From Octopus sinensis (lineage: Eukaryota), in NCBI RefSeq assembly GCF_006345805.1, contig NW_021825716.1, forward strand, positions 1 to 15,038: DNA of 15,038 bases. Reading direction: 5' to 3'. Positions 1-10,018 of the stretch are shown here, one piece after another. The number at the start of each line of letters is the position of its first letter. Within the stretch, counting starts at the first letter, position 1. The position numbers and the translations under genes were made by a program. Under the pieces are notes generated by a model. It was not told the origin of the DNA, did no database searches, and saw only the letters and a program-made list of their open reading frames with translations.

Positions 1-213
1 CATACACATACACAGATGCCCACACGTCCAGGTTTAGATATAAGATATTAAAGGATGTATATAAGAAACGCATGTAAAGAACACGCACTCACGTCTACAC
101 GTGCACGCACACACGGCTGTGTGTCCATATTGCGTGCACATATACACTTACATACACACACAGAGACATACGCGCGTATAGGTATAGCTATAAGATATTA
201 AAGATGTATACAA
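1..213. repeat. Left arm of a ~213-bp inverted repeat; partner at 1795-2008; may extend beyond the window start
   Basis: The reverse complement of 1795-2008 aligns by eye to 1-213 with about 10 differences (about 8 short indels and 2 substitutions). Shared blocks include cacagatgcccacacgtccaggtttagatataagatattaaaggatgtat and tacgcgcgtataggtatagct. Confidence 0.95.
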
Positions 214-830
214 TATTGTAAATCGCTCGATCCCATAGCCCCATCAAATTATCGGGGTATCGGATCTGGTCCAAAGTCACCGTGCGAATTCTATTATGGT
301 TTTTCTCTAATAGTATTATGTCAATTTTTTCTCTGTCTATGAGCGAAAGGCTGCGGGCAAATATAATGATTGTTAAGTAAGATGGGGATATTATGGCGTA
401 GTAGTTAGCTATGTCGAACTGGATGAATGAGTAGTTGGGTCTGTGGTGATTGTGTTTAAACCATTCTAGCACATCGTCGGTGTTAATCCATAGTTGGAGT
501 GGGGATGTGGGTTTGATGCGTGGGATCACCTTGTCCAGATAGTCTTGCTAAGTCTGCCGATATCCGATTTAGTCGGACAGATTAATCGTACTCCTACATT
601 ATCCGGGAAGTCTTTCTTATGGTCTTTAATAGTAATTTGGGTACCTGTGGTTTGATCGGTTCCGTTCTGTCCAGGAGGTCTAATTTGTCTCATAACTTCC
701 TTGATTTTGTAGTTAATTTCCTTAAGGTTATCCGTAGAAGTAGTTTTTATATTTTTTGCTAAGTTCCTCATGATTCAATCTTATTAACAAAAGGCCAGAG
801 TTCAAACCATCCTGTATACACAAACTTATT
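214..830 (-). pseudogene. Frameshifted reverse transcriptase fragment of a Penelope-like retroelement, most like the Naiad group
   Basis: Joining minus-strand frames gives WFEL..., LNHEELSKKYK, LDLLDRTEPIKPQVPK / ITIKDHKKDFPDNVGVRLICPTKSDIGRLSK, LWINTDDVLEWFK, SFIQFDIANYY and MGLWDRA. These match, in order, the PLE RT pattern I recall as ITLKDHKENF..RLINPAKSELG..SK / QW.NT..VI.WF / FIQFDI..FYPSI / MGSYDGAE. The catalytic YxDD region and the GIY-YIG nuclease are not visible. Confidence 0.8.
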
Positions 831-1794
831 AATGCTTTCAAATACTACAAAGCTTAGGCTATTATACCAACTCCCCCATGCAATTTCTTCCTCCACCCGT
901 GCAACCTGTCGGCTCCAGCGCATCCCGCTTTCTATATGTGCGTGTATATGTGTATATGTGCGCGTATATATAGGTATGTGCATATATGTGTATGTATATG
1001 TATATCTATATATATGTGTGTGTGTGTGTGTATGTGCATATATTTTTCCCTGCATTTTCCTCCTATATATACACATTTTGTCTCCCATATATGTTTTTTT
1101 TTCCTAATATTTCTTCTCCTACACCTATATCCTTCCTATCTAGTCTCTTTATTTCCCTATACCTATACCCTTTCACATTTCCAACTCGGATGTTGAACGC
1201 ACACCGCCAAACTCCACTTCCCACCCTTCCAAATTTCAGTTCCCCCCGCCCCCCTACGTGGCACCTTTAGCACACACCTTTAACTTTCAACCACCTTCAT
1301 CTCATGTTAAACTTTACCAGATTATATTTTATTTTGCTTTATCCTATTCTATTTCGCGTTACCTTTATTCTTATTTTATTTTCATCCCTAATTTTAATTC
1401 TTATGGCTCTTATAATTTTATATTTCATTTCTAACTTTTATATTGTATTTCTTATTTTATATTGTATTTCTTACTTTTATTTCTAATTTTTATTCTTACC
1501 CTCATTCTTACACCTAACTTATCGCTTTATATCTCTATATATGTCTATTTTTTTTGCTTATCCCTTATTTACTTACCTATGGATCCGCTTTATGATTATA
1601 CGTGCGTCCGTGTACGTATGTATACGTATACATAGGTGTACATATGTACGAGTAAACATCTACGTCTGGACGTGCATACCCCGTTACTCATCTGTAATAA
1701 TTTTCTTTAATAATTTTAAAAAATTTCTTACATATTTCTTTACATTTTTTTACATGTTTTCGCAGATTTCTTATATGCATATGTTTACACCTAT

Positions 1795-2008
1795 TTGTAT
1801 ACATCTTTTAATATCTTTAGCTATACCTATACGCGCGTATCGTCTCTGTGTGTATGTAAGTGTATATGTTCACGCACATATGGACACACAGGCGTGTGTG
1901 CGTGCACGTGTAGACGTGAGTGCGTGATTCTTTACATGCGTTCTTATATACATCCTTTAATATCTTATATCTAAACCTGGACGTGTGGGCATCTGTGTAT
2001 GTGTTATG
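1795..2008. repeat. Right arm of the ~213-bp inverted repeat (partner 1-213)
   Basis: Reverse complement of 1-213 at roughly 95% identity by eye. Confidence 0.95.
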
Positions 2009-2865
2009 TAAGGATGGACCGTACGTATGTATATATGGGTGTGTACACGTATAATGTCCGTGTATATATCCATATTCTGTTGTATGTATGTATATATGCG
2101 CGCGTGTGGTGTGGGTGTATATGTGTTTATGTACATGTTTACACGTGAGTGCGTATGTATGCTTATATCCTTGGAGCCGTGTATGGCGCGGTATATGTGC
2201 GCGTGTATATGGGTGTATGTATCCATGATGGTATGTATGTACAAGATGACCAATTAATTCAAAGAACTAGATTAACCGCTCAACAGCTCTGATTTACAAT
2301 ACACTAGGTCCCCAACGACCCTGTTGATTATTGACACCCAAAGCTTCTACAACTAATTTGTCAATTTTCCTGACCACCATGTTGGTCCGTAACCTCTATA
2401 CATCCCATATCTTTATATTTTTTTACCTTTTTTTACATTTTTATCATTTTTATTCCTATTTTTATTTTTTTTACTTTTACTTCTTTTCTATTCTATTTTT
2501 ACTTTATAACCTTATGCCTTTATATTCATTTATTTTTTTTTATATTCTTTATATCTCCTTATATCTCCTTATATCTCTTTATATCTTTACACTCTACAAT
2601 TTTATATTTTTCTATACTTATACTTTTTATATATATTTTTATCCTTCGTCCTGAATTCTCGCCCCTCCATCTTCACGTCCTATATGTATTTATTATTTAC
2701 ATTACTTCTACATCCAAATTTCCTCATTCTAACATTGAGAGAAGAAAGAGATGGACACTTCAATTCTATGCTGTTTGCCGCATTCTGTCGTACGAGAATG
2801 AGAGGATTTGCATCCCCAACCAAGAATTTTTGATGTAACACATGTCCTTGTGGAAGCTGTTGTGC

Positions 2866-2943
2866 GCGGCTGAAGAAGGCCACAGACCTACATTATGCAT
2901 TGTTATAAATCTGTCTAATAAAGGCCCGAAACATATGTACCGC
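2866..2943 (+). ncRNA. Type I hammerhead ribozyme, minimal PLE-type
   Basis: Stem I is GCGG 2866-2869 / CCGC 2940-2943. The core is CTGAAGA 2870-2876 and GAAA 2928-2931. Stem II is GGCC 2878-2881 / GGCC 2923-2926 around a ~41-nt loop. Stem III is AC-ATAT-GT (palindrome ACATATGT, 2931-2938), and the cleavage triplet is GTA 2937-2939. One imperfection: A2877 and C2927 are unpaired at the base of stem II. Confidence 0.8.
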
Positions 2944-2961
2944 TGAATCCTTGGCATCATG

Positions 2962-2965
2962 TATA

Positions 2966-3005
<40 letters not shown>

Positions 3006-3021
3006 TATATATATTATATAT
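2962..3021. repeat. Imperfect (TA)n microsatellite
   Basis: Visible dinucleotide run; a similar run lies at 3303-3358. Confidence 0.95.
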
Positions 3022-3298
3022 ACGTATGTATGTATTTATGTATGTATAGGTGTGTGTGTAAAAGTAAGATCCAGGATCCAGGTGTAAGAATTTAGTAAGC
3101 TTTGCGCGGTCCCATACTGGTATAAAAGCAACTTTGAGGAGCAATAGCAGTTTATTGGCATAGAAGGTAGCAAATATTTCCCATGTCGAAGCTGAAAAAA
3201 AAAATTTTAGGTATATATTATAATTGCGAACTATGAACTATAAAAAAGTATATTTTATAGTTCACAGTTAGCAAACTAGGTTGCTGTGTATGCGAATA

Positions 3299-3337
<39 letters not shown>

Positions 3338-4263
3338 TATATATATATATATATATATGTAACGTGTTCATATATTATATTATAGCTGAATTTCAATTTG
3401 ATATAATTTGAGTTTATGTTTACATTCATATTTATTGAGTCCTTCGTAAATGTTGCTTGAAATATGTGTTTAATTCAAATTCCTGTTTGTTCTGGCATAA
3501 TGAGTGAAGTGCTATTTCAATTTACAATTCAAAAACTTCGAAAGCTCCTGAAATATAACATTGTAGAAACGACATTTCCATTTAAAAAATAATAATCAGT
3601 CGAAAAGATTTCGATAAATATAACTTATAAAGTGCCCATTTGTAAAATTAAATGCTATATTCAAAAATCATCTAAAATTAGCAACTAAACGATCTATCAA
3701 TAACCAATTAGAAATTAATGCTGGTGACAATATCTGTTGTTAAAATCTCCAGACTCAAACCAGCATTAATATTTGAAGATATCTCCTCTCACTGTATCTC
3801 CCTCCGTGTATTTATATATTTCTCTTATATTTCACAGACTATGTCTCCCTCTCCCTTCTCTCTTTCTCTCTCTGTCTCACAGACACACATACGCCCACAC
3901 AATATTTACACAAACAAATTGTATGAACAGTAGTAATTTACGTAAATAAAGACTATAGAATGATAAAAAGGGTATAATCAAATAGTTTGACAAGCAAATT
4001 AAACGCGGCCAAAGATGTATGCATTAAAAATATACATTACTCAGCCGGGAAATGTATTTCAATTGGTGGAAAGACAAAAACGAAAGAAAAACTGTGCAAA
4101 AACGAAAGGCTTTGCTAAGAAAACTATAAGGTAAAGTGTAGGTGTATATGTATTGAACATCATGACTCACTCTCACTCAATTATACCTATCTATCTATCT
4201 ATGTATAGCTAGCCATCTAATTATCCATTTATCTATTTGTCTATGTAACTATCCATCATTTTG

Positions 4264-4520
4264 TCTCTCTCTCTCTCTCTCTCCTCTCTCCTCTCTCTCT
4301 TCTCTCTCTCTCTCTCTCATCCCTATATTATTATATGTTGTGTGTGTGTGTGTGTGTATGTATATATACCTTGCATATAAACCTATACATAAACATACAT
4401 TTCCTACATTTGCATATATATATATATATATAAATATATATATATGTTTGTGTATTATACATATAATATATATATAATATATATAATAAATTTATAAATT
4501 ACATATATACATATATATAC
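4264..4520. repeat. Compound (TC)n / (TG)n / (TA)n microsatellite region
   Basis: (TC)n at 4264-4318, (TG)n at about 4338-4357, and TA-rich runs to about 4520. Confidence 0.9.
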
Positions 4521-4766
4521 TTTTTGTATGCGTGTATGAGTGAGTGCGTACCCTGTTTGCTTTCGTGAGTGCACACGCGTGCATCTGAATGTGTGTGTAG
4601 CCATGTGTATGCATTAGCGCGCGCCCGCGCGGAATATAGGTAATGGACTGGCAAAATCATTGTAAGAACTGAGTGGGGTTAAGGCTAGGCAATACTTCTA
4701 TAAATTATATTCTGTGCAACTAAAATTTAATCCCGAAACGTTAGGAGTGGCTGTATAGTAAGAATA

Positions 4767-4939
4767 GGCGCAAGAGTGGCTGTGTGGTAAGAAGCTTGCT
4801 GCTCAGCCACATGGTTCAGGGTTCTGTCCCACTGCGTGGCACCTTGGGAAAGTATCTTCTACTATAGCCTCGGCCCGACCAAAGCCTTATGAGTGTTATT
4901 TGGTGGACAGAAACTGAAAGAAACCCGTCATATATGCGC

Positions 4940-4971
<32 letters not shown>

Positions 4972-5153
4972 CGGGAAGGTTTACGAAAATAAACAAAAGA
5001 CGAAAGTAGGTGGAGTACAAACAAACAAATGTATCAGTATGGCGCTCAGGAATAGAAATAGAACAAGTCTTTTATTTCGAGTCTACGCTCTTCGACGAAA
5101 GATACAGAGAAAAAAACAAGGAGAGAAAAAAAAGGAAATATATATATACATGC

Positions 5154-5186
<33 letters not shown>

Positions 5187-5189
5187 TGA

Positions 5190-5251
<62 letters not shown>

Positions 5252-5470
5252 TGGTGTGTATGTATCTATTGTGTGTTCGTGTTTATTGCCCCACCATCGC
5301 TTGACAACCGATGTTGGTTGTTTGCGTCCCCCGCAACGTAGGCGGTTCGGCAAAAGAGACCGATAGAATAAATACTAGGCTTACAAAGAGTTACTCCTGC
5401 GGTCGATTTGTTCGGCTGAATGCGGTGCAACATATGGCTGCAAATGACTAAAACAAGTTAAAGAATTAAA
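4767..5470 (+). mobile_element. tRNA-derived SINE, family A (CORE-like), interrupted by a 167-bp insertion
   Basis: A-box-like tggctgtgtgg, B-box-like gggttctgtccc, CORE-like gtggcaccttgggaaagtatctt, an internal microsatellite, and a 3' tail ...caaatgactaaaacaagttaaagaatt. It is colinear with the minus-strand copy at 7790-8251. Confidence 0.85.
4971..5137 (-). mobile_element. Short non-autonomous insertion in a (TA)n tract, carrying a degenerate hammerhead-like motif; possible PLE pseudo-LTR derivative
   Basis: It is absent from the paralogous SINE at 7790-8251 and is bounded by (TA)n on both sides. Minus strand 5102-5068 reads TCTTT-CGTCGAA-GAGC-gtag-ACTC-GAAA-TA-AAAGA. Confidence 0.6.
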
Positions 5471-5651
5471 AAATCTCATCCAGTGGCCACGATTTCTCTT
5501 CAAATAATTGCATGAAAATCATAGTTCTCATACTAAACGTCTCTAAATCAAATAACAGAACTGTCCTTTCGTTAATGGCATACTTTCTTTTCTATTGGTA
5601 GCTCTACTCCCTCATTTGACTTAGATTTACTACTATGTCGTCAGTGTAGAC

Positions 5652-5925
5652 CAGTTCTACTCAAAGTAGTGGTCCACAGACCGGTGCCTGTCCGCGAGCT
5701 ATCACTTGCTGGTACGCAGCGAGTTTCCGGTAGAGAAAGAAACATTATAAAATGCTTATAGAATATTGTATTATTTGTTTACAAAATAAATATATAATAA
5801 AAATATTGTCAACTTTTATCATATGCATTATATGTATTGTTTCCAGTATAAATTACTAAGAAATATTACCGGTCCCTGGGAGAAAAACTGCCTGTACACT
5901 ACATCAGGTAGTTTGAGAAGCACTG
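5652..5925. mobile_element. 274-bp hAT-superfamily (Charlie-like) MITE
   Basis: The TIRs are cagttctactcaaa (5652-5665) and tttgagaagcactg (5912-5925), matching at 12/14. The 8-bp flanking duplication is gtgtagac (5644-5651) / gtgtagaa (5926-5933). The interior is AT-rich and non-coding. CAG termini with an 8-bp TSD are typical of hAT elements. Confidence 0.8.
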
Positions 5926-7789
5926 GTGTAGAAAACATCTCTGTTGTATGCAATCGACGCTGATTTCTACTACATCAGTCTGCTTTGATTTCATTCTCGC
6001 TTTTGTCGCCGCTTGGCCTCGAAGCCATGTTTTATATCTTGAACATTTTCTTCACCCTTTCAGCAACAAAATATGTGTAAATATACGACAGTAATGTTGT
6101 AGTCATTTAAATTGTTATGCATTTTCCCCGAACTAATGGTAAACAGTTAGCTAATCTTAACATATCACTTTCGCAATATTAACCTAATTTAGAACTAAAA
6201 TATATACGATTCCTCCCAGTAAGCTACAATTAATCAACTTGAAGACAACTTTACTTATTCAGTTCTGTCATTGTATTTGATTCTAACATATTAACTGCTT
6301 AAGTATTCGATAAAAAACACCATTTATTGTTGGTCGTAAGATAAGATATTCTAATACATTGTCGTAGAAATAGGTCATTGGATGTATAGTGCGTTTAATA
6401 ACGCCTTTATATTCACAGAACGTAATAAAGATGTACATCAAACTTTCGTTTGAAGTAAATAAATCTCCGATTAGGACCAACTTTGAATTATGAGACATTG
6501 GAAACAGCTGCACAATAAGTGGTAATTCATTCTAAGGTTATTGGTATAAGCTACAGTTTATTCACCCGAGTATAGTGAAATTGTGAGCTATTTATACAAG
6601 TCTCTATCGTTGTATATATTACTTCTTTTGTCTATTTTCATTGTTCGTATATTATTTTTGTATATTTTTTTGTTCTAGTTTGTTTTTGCTGTTACTACTA
6701 CTTTCTTCTCTCTTACCTTTCTTGTGCTTTCATTCTTTTTTAGTCGCTAGTCGCTAGGGGGGGGGGACATCTTTTCTCAGACACAGATCAGAATAAAGAG
6801 TTCAATCTTGAAAAATTAGAAAATATATTATTTGTAATTGGATATAGATACATCTACAACAATGGCTGAAAAGACATTGTTGTTCTTCGTGAAGCTTGTT
6901 TACTTGAAAGTATACATTTCAATGATAAATTGCTATTTTAACATATTTAGCAGATAATATCGAGTGAAAATAAGATTGCATTTAGCTCTCAAATTAATAA
7001 CTTATATTGTATTTTCTTCCTTTTATATATACATTTTCATCACACTATTCTTTTCTCTCGCTAAGAATTGAATTTCTTCTAAACACAGTTTTTTAGAATT
7101 TCTTTTCTGATCTTCAGTCCGCTTTCTTTTTTCAACTTGCTCAAATCATTATTTTATTATGTTTTTTTTATATGTTTAAATGAAAAAAAAATACTATGTT
7201 ACATATTTTTCATCGTAAACTTAAGCTTTGGTTTTCCTTTTTCAAAGTAAATTCTATATAAATTCTGTTTTTCGTTTTGCTTACAATTCGCTAAACGCCT
7301 TGATATTAATCATAGAATCTTAACAGGTGAACACCTAACAGCAAATGATAAAGATCTTATCCTAACTAATAACGTAAGTGTTTGCATTACCGGTTTACCC
7401 AATTCTATTCAACAATTCAGCTGTTGATTTCCTCAGAGGAAGTATGAACATCTATTTTTGCTCGTCTTGAAATGTGAGTTATTGTTTCAAACAATAATAA
7501 GTCTAGCTTCCTCAGGTGTATACAACCTACATTGGTATTTAAAATGTATTAAGAGCAAAATCGAGCAGACTATGATTTTAAGAGAATTACGTTAAGACTG
7601 ATATTGTGACATTAAGATAGTGTTGCTATATAACATTGAGACCGCAAAATTTAGTCTTATAAAATTAAGAGGATAACGTTGAGATTGTAACGTTATTCCC
7701 AGGATATTAACGCTATTACACTAAGATTGTGTTGCTAATTCTTTGACATTTAAACTGTCATTAAAAGCGTAACAGTAAGACCGTAATAA

Positions 7790-8001
7790 CTCTTTTCCTC
7801 CTTTACTCTTTTACTTTTTTCAGTCATTTGACTGCGGCTATGCTGGAGCACCACCTTTAGTCGAGCAAATTGACCCCAGGACTTATTCTTTGTAAGCCTA
7901 GTACTTATTCTATCGGTCTCTTTTTCCGAACCGCTAAGTTACGTGGACGTAAACATACCACCAAGCGATGTTGGGGGGGGGGGACAAACACAGACTCAAA
8001 A

Positions 8002-8087
<86 letters not shown>

Positions 8088-8251
8088 CGACGGGCTTCTT
8101 TCAGTTTCCGTCTACCAAATCCACTCACAAGGCTTTGGTCGGCCCGAGGCTGTAGTAGAAGACACTTGCCCAAAGTGCCACGCAGTGGGACTGAACCAGG
8201 AACCATGTGGTTGATAAGTAAGCTATTTACCACACAGCCACTCCTACGCCT
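7790..8251 (-). mobile_element. Near full-length tRNA-derived SINE, family A (CORE-like)
   Basis: The minus strand reads aggcgtaggagtggctgtgtggtaaa...ggttcagtcccactgcgtggcactttgggcaagtgtctt, then an internal (TA)/(TG) tract, then the tail ggtggtgctccagcatagccgcagtcaaatgactgaaaaaagtaaaagagtaaagg. Confidence 0.9.
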
Positions 8252-8266
8252 ATATATATATATATA

Positions 8267-8467
8267 TAGCACGCCGGGCGAAACGCGTAGCCGTTTTTCG
8301 TCTGCCGTTACGTTCTGAGTTCAAATTCCGCTGAGGTCGACTTTGCCTTTCATCCTTTCGAAGTCGGTAAATAAAGTACCAGTTACGCTCTGGGGTCGAT
8401 GTAATCGACTTAATCCCTTTGTCTGTCCTTGTTTGTCCCCTCTATGTTTAGTCCCTTGTGGGCAATA
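8267..8467 (+). mobile_element. tRNA-derived SINE, family B, 5'-truncated monomer
   Basis: B box gagttcaaattcc, central block gaggtcgactttgcctttcatcctttcg...aagtaccag, hairpin gtcgat-gta-atcgac. It is homologous to the units at 13372-14466. The central block resembles a conserved SINE domain I recall as Meta/MESC type (unverified). Confidence 0.9.
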
Positions 8468-8469
8468 TA

Positions 8470-8505
<36 letters not shown>

Positions 8506-8550
8506 TGTATGTATGTATGTATGTATGTATGTATGTATGTATGTATGTAT
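8466..8550. repeat. (TA)n followed by (TATG)n microsatellite
   Basis: Visible perfect tetranucleotide run directly after the SINE. Confidence 0.97.
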
Positions 8551-9094
8551 TAAACACTGGTGTTCTGTATTCTGACTGACCTTTGGTCAAATAACACCAT
8601 TAAAACTATCACCTAAATAAATGACAAATCTTACTAATTAAATGAAAACAAGTATCAAGAGCAAGAACATTGAACTGCAGCTTCGCTCACTTTTCCAAAT
8701 CAGCCGTTTTCTAAATGTCAGGAAGTCGAAATGCTTGACTGAAGAAAAAAAAAAATCGCGATTCACGTGCACGTGTTGGCACAATATCGTTGTTTATTAT
8801 AATATTTCGTGCTGATGTTGGATTAATCGAAGAAAAATCTCAGCTCAAGTGTTACTGTCGTGTCGATGTCGATTTAGAGTGTTGTGAGCAACGTAAGCAA
8901 TTACTTGCACACCGATTTCAATTACGTCTGTAGAACAGAACCAGAGAAAGAAAGAGAGAGAGAGAAAAAGAGTGAGAGAAAGAGACACAAGAGAGTGAGA
9001 GGGAGTGGGAGAAAGTGAGTGAGAGAAGCAGTGAGAAAGGACAGAGTCGGACGTTTAAGGAAGCACTGAACGCTAACTGGAAAATTCACAGTAT

Positions 9095-9155
<61 letters not shown>

Positions 9156-9170
9156 TGTAGTAGTAGTAGT
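9095..9170. repeat. (TAG)n microsatellite
   Basis: About 25 units with one TTG interruption. Confidence 0.97.
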
Positions 9171-9483
9171 ATAATCGTTTGGCTCTAGGTAAGCCGTAAC
9201 AAACCTCAACGCTTGCTTCTTGGTCAGCCGTAACCAACCTCATGTATTTTTGTTATATATATATCTTAGACTACATAGAGCAATGTATCCTTGCTTTTAC
9301 AAAACGACACACGGGTTTTATTTAGGAGGTATTTGGCTGCTAATTTCAAAAGGTCGAGTGGACAGCATAGTAGCACACAGAAATTCGATTTCCCATTGTT
9401 CTTGAGATCTATCAAGAAAATATAGAAATAATTACATGATCTTTACTTTATACTCGTATATTTCGGTTGCTTCTGTCAGTTAA

Positions 9484-9700
9484 AGAGGTAAATTGGCAAA
9501 GTCGTTAAACCATTGGAATATAATGCTTTCAGTATTTAATTCGACCCTTTGTGCTGTGAGTTCAGATCCTGCCAAGACCAAATTAGCTTTATCTTTTTTT
9601 AGAGTCGATAAATAAGTACCGACCCAAGGTAGTGGATTGACAGAACACTGTTCGGACGATATGCCTTGTGGTGGCTCTTCCGGTCCTCTACTTTCAAACG
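9484..9700 (+). mobile_element. Old, degraded family-B SINE remnants (one head plus body, then a second head)
   Basis: tgagttcagatcctgcc (B-box-like), gagtcgataaataagtacc, then caaggtagtggattgacagaa, which resembles the head caaggtggcgagctggcagaa at 13372. Confidence 0.5.
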
Positions 9701-10018
9701 GCAACGCCTTTGACATCGTTGGTGCCAATAAGGGTGGAGCTTTGACTTGTGCAAGCAAATGCTAGTCTTCTATTCAAAAAATAATATTCCCTATACCTGC
9801 ACAGGCTGAATCAAAATACTTAATCATACTATATTCACTGGCCAGCGGAGGTCTATATATGTTCTTTCACTAAACACACCACAAAAGATAGCGTAGCAAA
9901 ATAATTAGCATTAAATAATAGTTGGTAATGTTTTGCAGTGTATCTTTATATCTGCTTTTTATTCTAACTATAAACACAGCCACTCCACGATTCAATAGAA
10001 TATATATTTATTCGTTTC

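Larger units (their letters stand above)
1..2960. mobile_element. Rearranged, internally deleted Penelope-like element: RT fragment (-) flanked by oppositely oriented UTR/pseudo-LTR sequence ending in a hammerhead ribozyme
   Basis: A PLE-type RT remnant, an inverted duplication on either side of it, and a PLE-type minimal hammerhead co-occur just before a (TA)n tract. The boundaries are inferred and no TSD was seen. Confidence 0.55.

Noticed and set aside
768-771. TGA within the RT region as possible selenocysteine (reported for some Naiad elements)
   Set aside because: Homology shifts frame around the TGA rather than reading through it, and I could not identify a SECIS.
188-1088. Three consecutive minus-strand ORFs with overlapping stop/start codons, resembling a translationally coupled operon
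   Set aside because: The RT motifs run continuously across the frame changes, so these are frameshifts in one eukaryotic retroelement ORF. The upstream ORF is largely microsatellite.
5960-6060. Short minus-strand reading KGEENVQDIKHGFEAKRRQKRE* as a possible terminal exon
   Set aside because: Weak acceptor and no homology recognised.
6283-6513. 76-aa non-repetitive ORF (MQLFPMSHNSKLVLIGDLF...)
   Set aside because: No recognisable domain and no convincing splice-site pair; an ORF this long is expected by chance.
7560-7790. Degenerate recurring motif (acattaagatagtgttgcta / acactaagattgtgttgcta)
   Set aside because: Too decayed to define a period; probably an old minisatellite or repeat remnant.
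9192-9242. 17-bp direct repeat agccgtaac(a/c)aacctca with a 34-bp period
   Set aside because: Only two copies, consistent with a small local duplication.
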